Source: Methanothermococcus sp. Ax23
Lineage (GTDB): Archaea > AGJL01 > Methanococci > Methanococcales > Methanococcaceae
Direction: 5' to 3'
Assembly: GCF_049075655.1 (NCBI RefSeq)
Contig: NZ_CP157522.1
Span: 1,248,001-1,312,000 of the forward strand
Length of the DNA stretch: 64,000 bases
A program made the position numbers and the translations under genes. Below are positions 45,997-56,644 of this stretch, piece by piece. The notes beneath the pieces are model-generated. The model saw nothing but the letters and a program-made list of their open reading frames with translations, was not told the DNA's origin and did not search any database. Every line of letters begins with the position of its first letter. Within the stretch, counting starts at the first letter, position 1.

Positions 45997-46078
45997 ATTT
46001 TCACCTTTTTTTATATTTTTTCATATTCTTATGTATTTTTTTGTATTTTTTAATATTTATTTGTATTTTAGTAATACC

Positions 46079-46105
46079 ATATTACTTTAATAAAATTAAT
46101 AATAT
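46079..46105. promoter_or_regulatory. possible NikR operator upstream of nikM
   Basis: ATATTA-N15-TAATAT palindrome; weak evidence because the region is very AT-rich. Confidence 0.3.
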
Positions 46106-46245
46106 TTATAGTTTTTCATAAAATTTTTTGTAATAATTTTTAATATATTTTTATAAAAAATATTACCTGAGAATAATTATATAAAATATTTATATTATAG
46201 TGTAGTGTATTTAGAACACTTTACAGCATAATTGGTGGGTAAATA

Positions 46246-49200
46246 ATGATAAATACGATATACGATATTTTAAAAGAGAATGGCATCACTGAGCTCAGAC
46301 CTCCACAAAAAAAAGTAATCGAAGGAGGGCTATTAAATAAAAATAAAAATTTTTTAATCTGCATACCTACGGCATCGGGGAAAACACTTATTGGTGAGAT
46401 GGCATTTATAAACCATCTTTTAAATGAGAATAAAAATCCCACAAATAAAAAAGGATTGTTCATTGTTCCTTTAAAGGCACTTGCAAATGAGAAATACGAA
46501 GAATTTAAGGAGAAATATGAAAAATACGGTTTAAAAGTAGCATTGTCCATTGGAGATTTTGATGAAAAAGATGAACTAAGCGGATATGATTTAATAATCA
46601 CGACAGCGGAAAAGCTCGATTCACTGATTAGGCACAATATAGGGTGGATAAATGACGTATCTGTTGTAGTTATAGATGAAATCCATTTAATAGGAGATGA
46701 TGGGAGAGGGGGAACCCTTGAAATTCTACTTACAAAACTGAAAAGCAAATACGACACCCAAATAATTGGACTATCTGCCACCATAGGAAATCCCGAAGAG
46801 TTTGCCAAATGGCTAAATGCTGAGCTGGTTATGGACGAGTGGAGACCTGTTGAATTAAGAAAGGGAGTAGGGTATGACGACAAAATCATATTTATTGATG
46901 AGGATGGAAATGTCATAGAGGAATACGTTATTAATGGAACATCTAAAAACAGCATGTTTAATATTGTAGTGGATAGTGTTTTAAAGGACGGCTCATGCCT
47001 GATATTTTGCAATTCAAAGAGAGGGGCAGTTAATGAAGCAAAAAAATTAAATTTGAAAAAATATTTATCAGCTGATGAAGTAGCGGAGCTCCGAAATTTA
47101 AAAGAGGAAGTCCTAATGGCACTTGACCCGCCAACAGAAACCTGCAAAACCCTTGCGGAATGTATTGAAAGGGGTGTAGCATTCCATCATGCAGGTTTAA
47201 CCTACGAACAGCGGAAAATTGTTGAAGATGGATTCAGAAAAAAGCTGATAAAGGTAATTTGTTGCACTCCGACACTCTGTTTAAATGCAAATACTGAGAT
47301 ATTACAAGAAAGTGGGTTTAAAAAGATTACAGAATTGAATAAAAATGAAAAGGTATTTGCATTGTGTGGAAATAAAATAAAACCGGTGGATTGTTGGAAA
47401 GTCCATAAGACCCCGCAACATGAGTATAATATTGTTGTAAAAACAGCAAATGGGCTAAAAATTACCACAACTCCTAATCATTTGTTCTTAGTTAAAAAAG
47501 GAAAAGATACTTGTGAAAAAGAAGCAAAGGATTTAAAAATAGGGGATTATGTGGCTACTACTGATAAAATAGTAGTTGAAGAAAGAGATATCGATTTATC
47601 CTATGGGGACATTTATTTCATTGGATATTTTATAGGGGATGGATATACTGGCGTTATTGAAAAAAATGTATTTAGGGGCAGTCCAGATATTGCATTTAAT
47701 CCAAAATCCTCGCCAAATTTCGACGACTCCAAATTACATAAAAAATACTTCTTAAAGCATAGGGAAATGGAAGGTGTATCTCATTATATATATTCAAAAA
47801 AACTAAGGAAAGTATTCAACAAATTGAACATGCTAACCAAGAATAACAAGAATATTGATACATTTTACAATCTTCCATTGGAAAAATTTTCATACTTTAT
47901 TGCAGGGTTGTTTGATAGTGATGGATACATTAATGCCAATAGAAAGGAAATTGAATTCGATTCAATATCGGAAAATCTAATCAAAAAACTACAATTGGGA
48001 TTATTGAGGTTTGGAATACATAGCACCATTAGAAAAAGAAAAGGAAAAGTTATGAAACTTGACAAAACCTTCGGGTTTTGTAAGTCAGCGAATCCAAAGG
48101 ATTCGCTTCGATCACCAACGAATTATAAAGAATATAAAAGTAGGGACATTTATAAACTAATAATTGGTGATTTTATAAGTGTAAAAAGATTTTATGAAAA
48201 TATTCCACTGAGGCACAAGGAAAAAAGAAGAAAATTGGAGGAAATCGTAAAAAGTAAGGAAATTGCTAAAATGTGGTGTGATTGTGGATTTAGCACTGAT
48301 TTAACTATGTTTAAGCCGAGAACAGAAAGTCAGAGGAACTTGAATAAAAAGCGTATAAACTTGCTTTTTGAACTATTAAATGGGAAAAAATTGATTATGA
48401 ATTACAAGAGCTATTATTCAAAGAGAAAGAATTCTCATTTTGAATTCATAACAAGAGAAAATGTGGGAGGAAATAAGAAAGGAGTATATTATTCCCTAAA
48501 TAATAAAGGAAAGATTTTAATGAATCTTCTTAATAAAAATATAAAAAATAAAGAGAATTTAGAAGAAATGTATGATTTCTTAACAAATCTTGAAAAATGT
48601 CCAATTTGTGGTAAGCCACTCTACAAAGAAATAAGATACAGTTGGAAAAAAGAATATTATGATGAAGATATTTATTGGGATGCAATTAAAGAAATTAAAA
48701 AAATAAAAGTAAATGACAAATATGCTTATGACATAGAACTGCCTGATGATGGGACAAATGACCATTATGTTGTGGCGAATGGATTTATTGTGCATAACTC
48801 TGCGGGACTAAATTTACCTTGTAGAAGGGCAATCGTAAGGGATTTAAAGAGATTTTCCAGCAGAGGTATGGCCCCAATTCCAAAAATGGAAATTCATCAG
48901 TGCATTGGAAGAGCTGGACGGCCAAATTTAGACCCCTATGGTGAAGGAATAATATATGTAAGCAATAGGGAGAACCCTGAAAGCATTGAAAATGCAAAAA
49001 ACTATTTAATTGGAAATGTGGAGGAAATTTACTCAAAACTATCTAATCAGAAGGTTTTAAGAACTCATATACTTGGGTTAATTACCACAGGTGAGGTTAA
49101 AAACAAAAATGATTTAGAGGAATTTATAAAAAATACATTCTATGCTCATCAATATCAAAATACTGAAAAAATTTTGGAAAATATTGATGAAATAACCAAT

Positions 49201-50061
49201 TTTTTAGAGAAAAATGGATTTATACAGTTAAATTATGGTTCAAATGATAATAATAACAATAATAATGTAAAGATGCTCGTATTGGATAACAATTCATTGA
49301 CTGTTAAATCAAGATACGAGGGCGAAAATATATATTATACTATCACACCCCTTGGAAAGAGGGTTTCGGAGCTCTACATAGACCCACTAAGTGCAGAGAT
49401 TATTATAGATGGATTGAAGGAGCTCCATAAAAAAACATTAAATTCAGCAAGTCCAAAAACTATGGATTATTATATTTTTTATATACTATATATAATATCA
49501 AAAACCACCGAAATGCAGCCAGCTTTAAGAGTAAAAAAATTTGAAGAGGAGGATTTAATTTATGAGATGATAAATTTGGATATGGGCGTAGATATGAACG
49601 ATATATCTTTGGAAAATTTAGAATATTTTAAAAATGCCAAAATGTTCTATGATTGGATTAATGAAGTTCCTGAGGAAAAGATTTTGGAGAAATACAACAT
49701 TGAGCCGGGAATTTTACGATACAAGGTAGAACAATCTAAATGGATGATTCATTCTGCAAAAGAAATATTTGATTTGCTTGATATTGAAAATAAATTCATA
49801 AGGGACTGTTTAAATGATTTGGAGATAAGAATAGAATATGGTGCAAAACAGGATATCATAGAACTCCTAAAAATAAAACATATTGGTAGGGTCAGAGCTC
49901 GAACATTATATAATTCAGGTATAAAAAATGTAAGGGATATCGTTAATAACCCTAAAAAAGTCATTAATTTATTGGGGGAAAAAATAACAAAGAAAATTTT
50001 AGAGGAACTGGGTGTGGATGTTAAATTTGGTCAGATGAAACTTTCAATGTATGATATGTGA
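46246..50061 (+). CDS. hel308: Hel308/Ski2-like DEAD/DEAH helicase with intein
   Basis: PTASGKT, DEIH, SAT, FHHAGL, TPTL|SAGLNLP, GRAGRP. Confidence 0.9.
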   Translation: MINTIYDILKENGITELRPPQKKVIEGGLLNKNKNFLICIPTASGKTLIGEMAFINHLLNENKNPTNKKGLFIVPLKALANEKYEEFKEKYEKYGLKVALSIGDFDEKDELSGYDLIITTAEKLDSLIRHNIGWINDVSVVVIDEIHLIGDDGRGGTLEILLTKLKSKYDTQIIGLSATIGNPEEFAKWLNAELVMDEWRPVELRKGVGYDDKIIFIDEDGNVIEEYVINGTSKNSMFNIVVDSVLKDGSCLIFCNSKRGAVNEAKKLNLKKYLSADEVAELRNLKEEVLMALDPPTETCKTLAECIERGVAFHHAGLTYEQRKIVEDGFRKKLIKVICCTPTLCLNANTEILQESGFKKITELNKNEKVFALCGNKIKPVDCWKVHKTPQHEYNIVVKTANGLKITTTPNHLFLVKKGKDTCEKEAKDLKIGDYVATTDKIVVEERDIDLSYGDIYFIGYFIGDGYTGVIEKNVFRGSPDIAFNPKSSPNFDDSKLHKKYFLKHREMEGVSHYIYSKKLRKVFNKLNMLTKNNKNIDTFYNLPLEKFSYFIAGLFDSDGYINANRKEIEFDSISENLIKKLQLGLLRFGIHSTIRKRKGKVMKLDKTFGFCKSANPKDSLRSPTNYKEYKSRDIYKLIIGDFISVKRFYENIPLRHKEKRRKLEEIVKSKEIAKMWCDCGFSTDLTMFKPRTESQRNLNKKRINLLFELLNGKKLIMNYKSYYSKRKNSHFEFITRENVGGNKKGVYYSLNNKGKILMNLLNKNIKNKENLEEMYDFLTNLEKCPICGKPLYKEIRYSWKKEYYDEDIYWDAIKEIKKIKVNDKYAYDIELPDDGTNDHYVVANGFIVHNSAGLNLPCRRAIVRDLKRFSSRGMAPIPKMEIHQCIGRAGRPNLDPYGEGIIYVSNRENPESIENAKNYLIGNVEEIYSKLSNQKVLRTHILGLITTGEVKNKNDLEEFIKNTFYAHQYQNTEKILENIDEITNFLEKNGFIQLNYGSNDNNNNNNVKMLVLDNNSLTVKSRYEGENIYYTITPLGKRVSELYIDPLSAEIIIDGLKELHKKTLNSASPKTMDYYIFYILYIISKTTEMQPALRVKKFEEEDLIYEMINLDMGVDMNDISLENLEYFKNAKMFYDWINEVPEEKILEKYNIEPGILRYKVEQSKWMIHSAKEIFDLLDIENKFIRDCLNDLEIRIEYGAKQDIIELLKIKHIGRVRARTLYNSGIKNVRDIVNNPKKVINLLGEKITKKILEELGVDVKFGQMKLSMYDM
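47278..48798 (+). mobile_element. intein with LAGLIDADG homing endonuclease (507 aa)
   Basis: starts CLNANT; TPNH block B; FIGDG and FIAGLFDSDG; ends VHN followed by S. Confidence 0.93.
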
Positions 50062-50118
50062 TATGACAAAATATACTAAAATATAACAAAACACCCAAAT
50101 ATGATTTAAAATAAAAAT

Positions 50119-50180
50119 AACTGCTCAGCTGTCCCCGTTGTCATCACGAATCAGTGAAGTCGGCACTCATCATTGCAGTT
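50119..50180 (-). ncRNA. C/D box methylation guide sRNA
   Basis: AACTGC-A-ATGATGA(C)-GTGCCGACTTCA-CTGA(D')-TTC-GTGATGA(C')-CAACGGGGACAG-CTGA(D)-GCAGTT with a 6-bp terminal stem. Confidence 0.9.
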
Positions 50181-50387
50181 TAATAAAAAAATTAGCTACT
50201 CTGCGAGCTCTTATTTATTTTCAGATGTTATATAATAAAACAATGTCATCGTTTTTATAGCTTTGTATGTTAAATATGTATAAACATTTTATAAAATATA
50301 ACTTAAAATTACCATTATTTATTTTAATTAACATATTGTTATTATATTTGTATTGGAAGCATATGTTATTGGTGGAGGAGGTAAAAA

Positions 50388-51737
50388 ATGAAAAATTTGA
50401 ATCGTAAAACCAAAATATTAATAACAATGGGTCCATCCATTGAAAATAAATTAAAAGATGTAGTTAAACTAATAGATGGCATTAGATTCAACATGTCACA
50501 TACTGATGTTGAAGATATTAAAAAATATCTAGATATTTTAGAGAAAAACAACATTGCCAAATTAATGGATTTAAAGGGGAACAAAATAAGAATAAAAAAG
50601 ACCTTTAAGTCGGAGCTAAAAAATGGGGATGAGCTCGTAATTGGGAAGGACATAATATTATCATATCATCCAATAGATGAAGCAGAAGAAGACCATTTTA
50701 TACTTATAAACGATGGAAAGATAAAATTAAAAGTTAAAAGAATAAAGGATAATTTAATATATTCCGAGGTATTAATTGGCGGTGTTGTAAAAGAGGGGAT
50801 GGGCGTAAATCTACCGGATACTCATTTAAAAATACCTATAATATCCAACGAAGACATAGAGAATATAAAATTTGCCATAGAACATGATTTTGAATACATA
50901 TCACTATCTTTTGTTAGAAATAAGGATGATATTATTAATTTAAGAAATATAATATCTGAACAGGATGGGAATATCTCTATAATCGCCAAAATAGAGACAA
51001 AGGAAGGGTTAAGGAATATAGATGAAATAGCAAAATATTCTGATGGTGTCATGGTTGCTAGGGGTGATTTGGGGGTTGAAATTCCTATTGAATATATCCC
51101 GATAGAACAAAAAAATATAATAAATACTACAAATAAATGGGGAAAATTGACAATAACTGCCACTCAAATGCTTGATTCAATGGTGTCTAACCCATATCCT
51201 ACAAGGGCTGAGATAACAGATATTGCAAATGCCATATTTGACGGAACAGATTGTTTAATGCTCTCGAATGAAACGGCAGTTGGAAAATATCCAATAGAAG
51301 CCATTAAAGTTATGAACAAGGTTGCAAAGATTTCAGAACAAAATATGGAAAAATTTGCCGTGGAAACTTGCTTAGAGGGTTCTTCCATTTCAACAGGCAT
51401 AGCACATGCTACATACACCCTTTACACAAAATTAAATCCAAAGATAATAATGACTCCAACATGGTCTGGAAAAAGTGCCATGCTTATATCAAAGTTTAGA
51501 CCAAAAGTTCCAATAATTGCTTTAACTCCAAACGTGAAAACATTTAAAAAATTAAGGCTTGTTTGGGGCGTGATTCCTCACTATGTTGATGAAGTAAATA
51601 ATGTGGATGACATATTGGAAATATCAAAGAAGGTGGCAGAAAGTATGATTGACGAAGGTATATACATTACCACGCTAGGTCATCCAGTTGGCAAGAAAAA
51701 GACCAACGTGATTAAGGTTGGAGTTATAAAAAGGTAA
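50388..51737 (+). CDS. pyk: pyruvate kinase
   Basis: RFNMSH, IIAKIE, MVARGDLGVE, ATQMLDSM, MLSNETA. Confidence 0.95.
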   Translation: MKNLNRKTKILITMGPSIENKLKDVVKLIDGIRFNMSHTDVEDIKKYLDILEKNNIAKLMDLKGNKIRIKKTFKSELKNGDELVIGKDIILSYHPIDEAEEDHFILINDGKIKLKVKRIKDNLIYSEVLIGGVVKEGMGVNLPDTHLKIPIISNEDIENIKFAIEHDFEYISLSFVRNKDDIINLRNIISEQDGNISIIAKIETKEGLRNIDEIAKYSDGVMVARGDLGVEIPIEYIPIEQKNIINTTNKWGKLTITATQMLDSMVSNPYPTRAEITDIANAIFDGTDCLMLSNETAVGKYPIEAIKVMNKVAKISEQNMEKFAVETCLEGSSISTGIAHATYTLYTKLNPKIIMTPTWSGKSAMLISKFRPKVPIIALTPNVKTFKKLRLVWGVIPHYVDEVNNVDDILEISKKVAESMIDEGIYITTLGHPVGKKKTNVIKVGVIKR

Positions 51738-51790
51738 TAAGAATAAAAATATATTCCATTACATAGGTAGTTATAAATTATGGTGATATT

Positions 51791-52921
51791 ATGAATACAT
51801 TTGGAGAGATGTTTAGAGTAACGACATGGGGAGAAAGTCATGGGAAGGCACTTGGTGCAGTAATTGACGGGTGTCCATCAAATTTGCCCCTTACAGAGGA
51901 GGATATACAAAAGGAGCTCAACAGAAGAAGACCTGGATACAGTCTTTTTTCCACACCACGAAAGGAAGCCGATGAAGTTGAATTACTCTCGGGAGTTTTT
52001 GAAGGAAAAACAACAGGAACTCCAATTTCAGCATTAGTATATAATAGAAATCAAAAATCAAAGGATTACAGTAAGATAAAGGATACTCCAAGACCCGGAC
52101 ACGCAGATTTTACCTATGGCGTAAAATATGGTAATTACGACTACCGCGGAGGCGGAAGAAGCAGTGGAAGAACTACAATAGGGCATGTTATAGGTGGTGC
52201 AGTTGCAAAAAAACTTTTAGATTATACTCATAATATCAAGATAGTAGGGTATGCTGTGAAAATTGGGAAGATTGAAGGAGATTTTAACTACTATTCAAAA
52301 CCTGAGATATTTAATCTAAATAATATCGATAATATAGTTGAAAAAATCGAAAATAATCCATTGAGGTGCCCCTCTTCAAACTCTGATGAAATGAAGGATT
52401 ATGTGCTTAATGCCATGGAAAACAAAGATAGTGTTGGAGGAATTGTGGAAGTGGTGGCATTAAATGTTCCCGCAGGCGTGGGCAATCCAATATTTGGAAA
52501 ACTCAATGGAGAGCTCGCAAGTGCTATGATGAATATAAATGCAGTTAAGGGCGTGGAGATAGGAAGAGGTTTTGAAAGTGCAGAGGTCTATGGAAGCGAG
52601 ATGAACGATGAATATTATTATGATAGTGAAAACAATATACAACTAAAAACAAATAACTGCGGTGGAATATTGGGAGGTATAAGTTGCGGAGCTCCGCTTG
52701 TTTTAAGGGTGGCAATTAAACCAACGCCATCAATTTCAAAAATCCAAGAGACTGTCAATATAAAAACAGGACAAAATCAGGAGATAGAAATTGGTGGGAG
52801 ACACGACCCAATAATTGTTCCTAGGGCAATTCCTGTTTTAGAATCTATGGTTGCCATTACTCTTTCAGACTTGATGATTAGAGGAGGTTTTATTCATCCT
52901 TGTAGATTACCTCAAAAATAA
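51791..52921 (+). CDS. aroC: chorismate synthase
   Basis: WGESHG, RPGHAD, RGGGRSSGR, GRHDP. Confidence 0.96.
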   Translation: MNTFGEMFRVTTWGESHGKALGAVIDGCPSNLPLTEEDIQKELNRRRPGYSLFSTPRKEADEVELLSGVFEGKTTGTPISALVYNRNQKSKDYSKIKDTPRPGHADFTYGVKYGNYDYRGGGRSSGRTTIGHVIGGAVAKKLLDYTHNIKIVGYAVKIGKIEGDFNYYSKPEIFNLNNIDNIVEKIENNPLRCPSSNSDEMKDYVLNAMENKDSVGGIVEVVALNVPAGVGNPIFGKLNGELASAMMNINAVKGVEIGRGFESAEVYGSEMNDEYYYDSENNIQLKTNNCGGILGGISCGAPLVLRVAIKPTPSISKIQETVNIKTGQNQEIEIGGRHDPIIVPRAIPVLESMVAITLSDLMIRGGFIHPCRLPQK

Positions 52922-52978
52922 AAATAAAATAAAAAAATAAAAAATATAATAAGAGAGGTAAAAGCTTTATATTATTAC

Positions 52979-54447
52979 GATAAACCGCCGAGAAAGCCAA
53001 CGATTTTAATCGTTATACAAAACAAGGTTTTGTAAAATCTCTTATGAGATTGGATGAGAGGCGGACATCATTTTTTTTATATGCTCCACTACATAATATA
53101 TGAGTGTAATTAGAATAATAGCATATATATAAATTTGGTGAATTCCATGCAAGTAACCAGAGTGCTGACAATAAACCTAACCAGAAGTTTGAGTAATGAA
53201 CAATTAACAATCATAAACCATTTAACCTACTCGGCATCAAAACTCTGGAATGTATCAAACTACGAAGTAATGCAACGAAACATTAAACCAAATAAAGCAG
53301 ATGTTCAAATGAAAAACAACTTCTGGTTTAAAAATCTTCATTCACAGTCAGCACAGGCAGTATGTCAAAAACTCACAATAGCATGGGATAACTTTTTTAA
53401 ACAACACACTAAAAGACCACGATACCAACCAAAAGATGGACACTTTCCAGTAAAATGGAAAAAACAAGGTTTCAAAATCATAAACAATAAATTAAGATTA
53501 TCATTATCTAAACAAACTAAAAACTATCTCAAAGAAAAGCATGGTATTAAGTCCAAGTATTTATGGGTAGAGTTATCGAAAACTCTACCGCTTGATACCA
53601 TGCAGGTTAAAGAAGTTGAAATAGTTCCACATAAAATCTACGGGATAACTTATTATATGCTTCATTTAATCTATAAGAAACCAGTAATTCAAGAACCTAT
53701 CAAAGAAGGTAATATATTAAGTATTGATTTAGGAATTAAGAATTTAGCAACCGCAGTAATTAATACGGGCAGTGCGATAATCTACGATGGAAGAAGGTTA
53801 ATTTCTAAATTTCGGTGGTTTGCTAAAAGTAAAGGAAAAATCCAATCTACCCTAACAAAGCAAGAGTTAAAATATAATAAACGATTATCCCGCTTAACAG
53901 TAAAGGAGAAAAACTACACTAAGGATTATCTACATAAAATAAGTAAAATGATTATCGATTTTGCAGTAGATAATAAAGTTTCAAGGATTGTAATCGGCGA
54001 GTTAAACAAAGGCATTTCAAGTATTGACATTGGAGATAGGGTTAATCAGCAATTGCATAGAATACCTTTTGGTAGGTTAGTAAGTATGATAATGTATAAA
54101 GCAGAAGAAAAGGGATTAACAGTAGAACAGGTTAATGAATCTTATACTTCTCAAACTTGTAGTAATTGTGGTGTGGTTAAAAAGAGCAATAGGAAGTATA
54201 GGGGTTTGTATGTGTGTAGTGAGTGTGGCATGGTTTTGAATGCAGACATTAACGGGGCTTTGAATATTTTAAAAAAAGTATCGCATAAGGTAGCCCTGAA
54301 TCTCCTAAACGGAGATAGGGGTAGTGGGCTTGGCAACCCATGTAGGGTTAGACCCTGCTAAAATTAGACGAAATCACTTCGTGATTTCGTTGCTCGCTTA
54401 CTACCGTAAGCGAGAACCCCACGATTTTAATCGTGGGAGTATGTCAG
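52979..54447 (+). mobile_element. IS200/IS605-family tnpB element (TTAC target), copy with intact tnpB ORF
   Basis: TTAC|GATAAACC...TCAG ends; 51-bp insert at 54362-54412 in the omegaRNA region. Confidence 0.9.
53147..54361 (+). CDS. tnpB: RNA-guided endonuclease TnpB
   Basis: RuvC SIDLG / IGEL / NADINGA, CxxC-CxxC zinc ribbon; start at ATG behind GGTGA. Confidence 0.92.
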   Translation: MQVTRVLTINLTRSLSNEQLTIINHLTYSASKLWNVSNYEVMQRNIKPNKADVQMKNNFWFKNLHSQSAQAVCQKLTIAWDNFFKQHTKRPRYQPKDGHFPVKWKKQGFKIINNKLRLSLSKQTKNYLKEKHGIKSKYLWVELSKTLPLDTMQVKEVEIVPHKIYGITYYMLHLIYKKPVIQEPIKEGNILSIDLGIKNLATAVINTGSAIIYDGRRLISKFRWFAKSKGKIQSTLTKQELKYNKRLSRLTVKEKNYTKDYLHKISKMIIDFAVDNKVSRIVIGELNKGISSIDIGDRVNQQLHRIPFGRLVSMIMYKAEEKGLTVEQVNESYTSQTCSNCGVVKKSNRKYRGLYVCSECGMVLNADINGALNILKKVSHKVALNLLNGDRGSGLGNPCRVRPC

Positions 54448-54494
54448 TACAACAATAACAATAATATATAAATTCCAAAATATGGAGGGGTTTT

Positions 54495-55418
54495 ATGAAA
54501 GATATTGAAATATTATCAAAAAAAGATGTATTAATTCCAGCAGATGTTCCAGCAAATAAAAAGGAAGAATATATAAAAAATTACCTTGAATTAACAAAAA
54601 ATACTGGAAGGTTAATGCTTTTTGCAGGAGACCAAAAAATAGAGCATTTAAATGATGATTTTTATGGTGAAGGCATATCAAAAGACGATGCCACTCCTGA
54701 GCATTTATTTAAAATTGCTTCAAATTCAAAAATAGGGGCATTTGCCACACAGTTGGGATTAATAGCAAGATATGGTATGGATTATAAAGATATAAACTAC
54801 ATAGTTAAAATAAACTCAAAAACAAACCTTGTTAAAACTTCTCAGAAAGACCCAATAAGTAAGGCATTAGTTGATATAAATGATGTTGTGGAGTTTAAAA
54901 ATAATTCAGGGCTTAATATTTTAGGAGTAGGTTATACAATATATTTGGGAAGTGAATTTGAACATGAAATGCTTTCAGAGGCTTCAAGAATAATTTATGA
55001 TGCTCATAAAAATGGATTAATTACCATATTGTGGATATACCCAAGAGGAAAGGCAGTTAAAAACGAAAAAGACCCTCATTTAATAGCAGGAGCCACAGGT
55101 GTTGGGGCATGTTTGGGAGCAGATTTTGTTAAGGTTAATTATCCCGAATGTGAAAATCCAGCTGAAGCATTTAAGGAGGCAGTTTTAGCCGCAGGTAGAA
55201 CAAAAGTAGTTTGTGCTGGTGGGAGCTCCACAGACCCAGAGGCATTTTTGCAGAGGTTGTATGACCAAATACACATAAGCGGTGCAGCAGGAAATGCCAC
55301 AGGTAGAAATATTCATCAAAAATCCTACGAAGAAGCTGTAAGAATGTGTAATGCAATATATGCCATTACCGTTGAAAATAAAACAGTTGATGAGGCTTTA
55401 AAAATATATTATGGATAA
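54495..55418 (+). CDS. class I (DhnA-type) aldolase, probable fructose-bisphosphate aldolase/6-deoxy-5-ketofructose-1-phosphate synthase
   Basis: AGDQKIEH, WIYPRG, GADFVKVNYP (Schiff-base K), GRNIHQ. Confidence 0.8.
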   Translation: MKDIEILSKKDVLIPADVPANKKEEYIKNYLELTKNTGRLMLFAGDQKIEHLNDDFYGEGISKDDATPEHLFKIASNSKIGAFATQLGLIARYGMDYKDINYIVKINSKTNLVKTSQKDPISKALVDINDVVEFKNNSGLNILGVGYTIYLGSEFEHEMLSEASRIIYDAHKNGLITILWIYPRGKAVKNEKDPHLIAGATGVGACLGADFVKVNYPECENPAEAFKEAVLAAGRTKVVCAGGSSTDPEAFLQRLYDQIHISGAAGNATGRNIHQKSYEEAVRMCNAIYAITVENKTVDEALKIYYG

Positions 55419-55454
55419 TTATTCTAAATTTTTCTTATATTTATATTATTTCAA

Positions 55455-55910
55455 TTATAACTGTTTTTTCAGCATATCAAAGGCTTTCTTTAAATCTCCT
55501 GTTTCAAGTAATGCCTTTTCAATGTCTTCCTTTTTAAATCCTTTTTTTTCAAAAAATTCCACAGCCTCCTCAAAGAATTTTGAATTTTTTAAAATCTCCT
55601 CAGCGAGCTCCTTCTTCAACTCCATATATTCATCTTCGCCCATTCCAATCCTCAAAAGGTCGCTATCTCTGAAAGGACAGGGTTTTGTTATTTTACAGCA
55701 CCATACCAAACTACCAAAGCAGGTGTTTTTCCCTTCACCTAATCGTGTTTTTTTTCCAAAATCTTCCTTTATCTTTATGAATTCCTGAGGAGTCATTTTT
55801 AATACATTCAATGCGTTATAGATTGGACAACCTTTTACAGGAGGACAGCAAAAGGCAAGACCTCTTAAATCTCCTCCTCTACATACATGAGACGGTGCAT
55901 TTTCCCACAT
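55455..55910 (-). CDS. methanogenesis marker 9 domain protein
   Basis: WENAPSHVCRGGDLRGLAFCCPP, CFGSLVWCCK. Confidence 0.8.
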   Translation of the reverse strand: MWENAPSHVCRGGDLRGLAFCCPPVKGCPIYNALNVLKMTPQEFIKIKEDFGKKTRLGEGKNTCFGSLVWCCKITKPCPFRDSDLLRIGMGEDEYMELKKELAEEILKNSKFFEEAVEFFEKKGFKKEDIEKALLETGDLKKAFDMLKKQL

Positions 55911-56020
55911 TTTATTTCCTCCGTGTATATTGTATATTAATTATAGTATAGACAAAAATATAATTTATATTATATATACTATTTCATTAGGATTACTATT
56001 ATAATATTAATGGTGAAATT

Positions 56021-56644
56021 ATGAAAACAGTGCATTTTGACAGTATTTCTGCATTGATAGTAGATGATAAAAAACTGGATTATACAGGAAGTGAAATAGA
56101 ACCCCTTTGGGCATTTAAAAACTTCAATATTCAAAAGGATAGTATAATCGCATTTAACGGAGCTCTCAATGTGGGCATCAAAAACATGAAGGATTTGAAG
56201 GATGTTAAAGAAGAATCAAAATATGGGGATATTTTAATAAAATCATCAAATGCCATAAACTTCATAGTGGAGCATTTTGATAACCCTGATTTAAAGATGA
56301 TATATTTAAGACAGAGGATTTTAGTATCCATAGCAAAGGAAATAATAGAAGAAATAACCAATAAACGATTAAAAAGAAGTGGGGATGATTTATATTATAA
56401 AGATGGTAAATTATCCGTATGTATAGCTTGCCGTGGAATATCCTCAGCAAAGATACACCTCGGTATAAATGTGTCAAATGTGGGAGCTCCCGAGTATGTT
56501 AATACCTCTTCATTGGAGGATTTGGGAATTGATATAAATGATGATATGAACATAATCAGTTTAATGAAAAAAATAGCAACCAAATATGCGGAAGAAATGG
56601 ATAAAATAGAAAAGGATATGAGAAAGACATTGTATTTAGTTTAG
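56021..56644 (+). CDS. DUF366 family protein (lipoate/biotin ligase-like fold)
   Basis: YTGSEI..LWA, FIVEHFD, RSGDDLY, KLSVCIA, IHLGIN. Confidence 0.75.
   Translation: MKTVHFDSISALIVDDKKLDYTGSEIEPLWAFKNFNIQKDSIIAFNGALNVGIKNMKDLKDVKEESKYGDILIKSSNAINFIVEHFDNPDLKMIYLRQRILVSIAKEIIEEITNKRLKRSGDDLYYKDGKLSVCIACRGISSAKIHLGINVSNVGAPEYVNTSSLEDLGIDINDDMNIISLMKKIATKYAEEMDKIEKDMRKTLYLV

Noticed and set aside
46221-47147. 308-aa antisense ORF and the many other shadow ORFs in the track
   Set aside because: They overlap well-supported genes on the opposite strand and have no motifs or RBS.
49243-49266. Poly-Asn tract in Hel308
   Set aside because: Ordinary AAT/AAC microsatellite in a loop.
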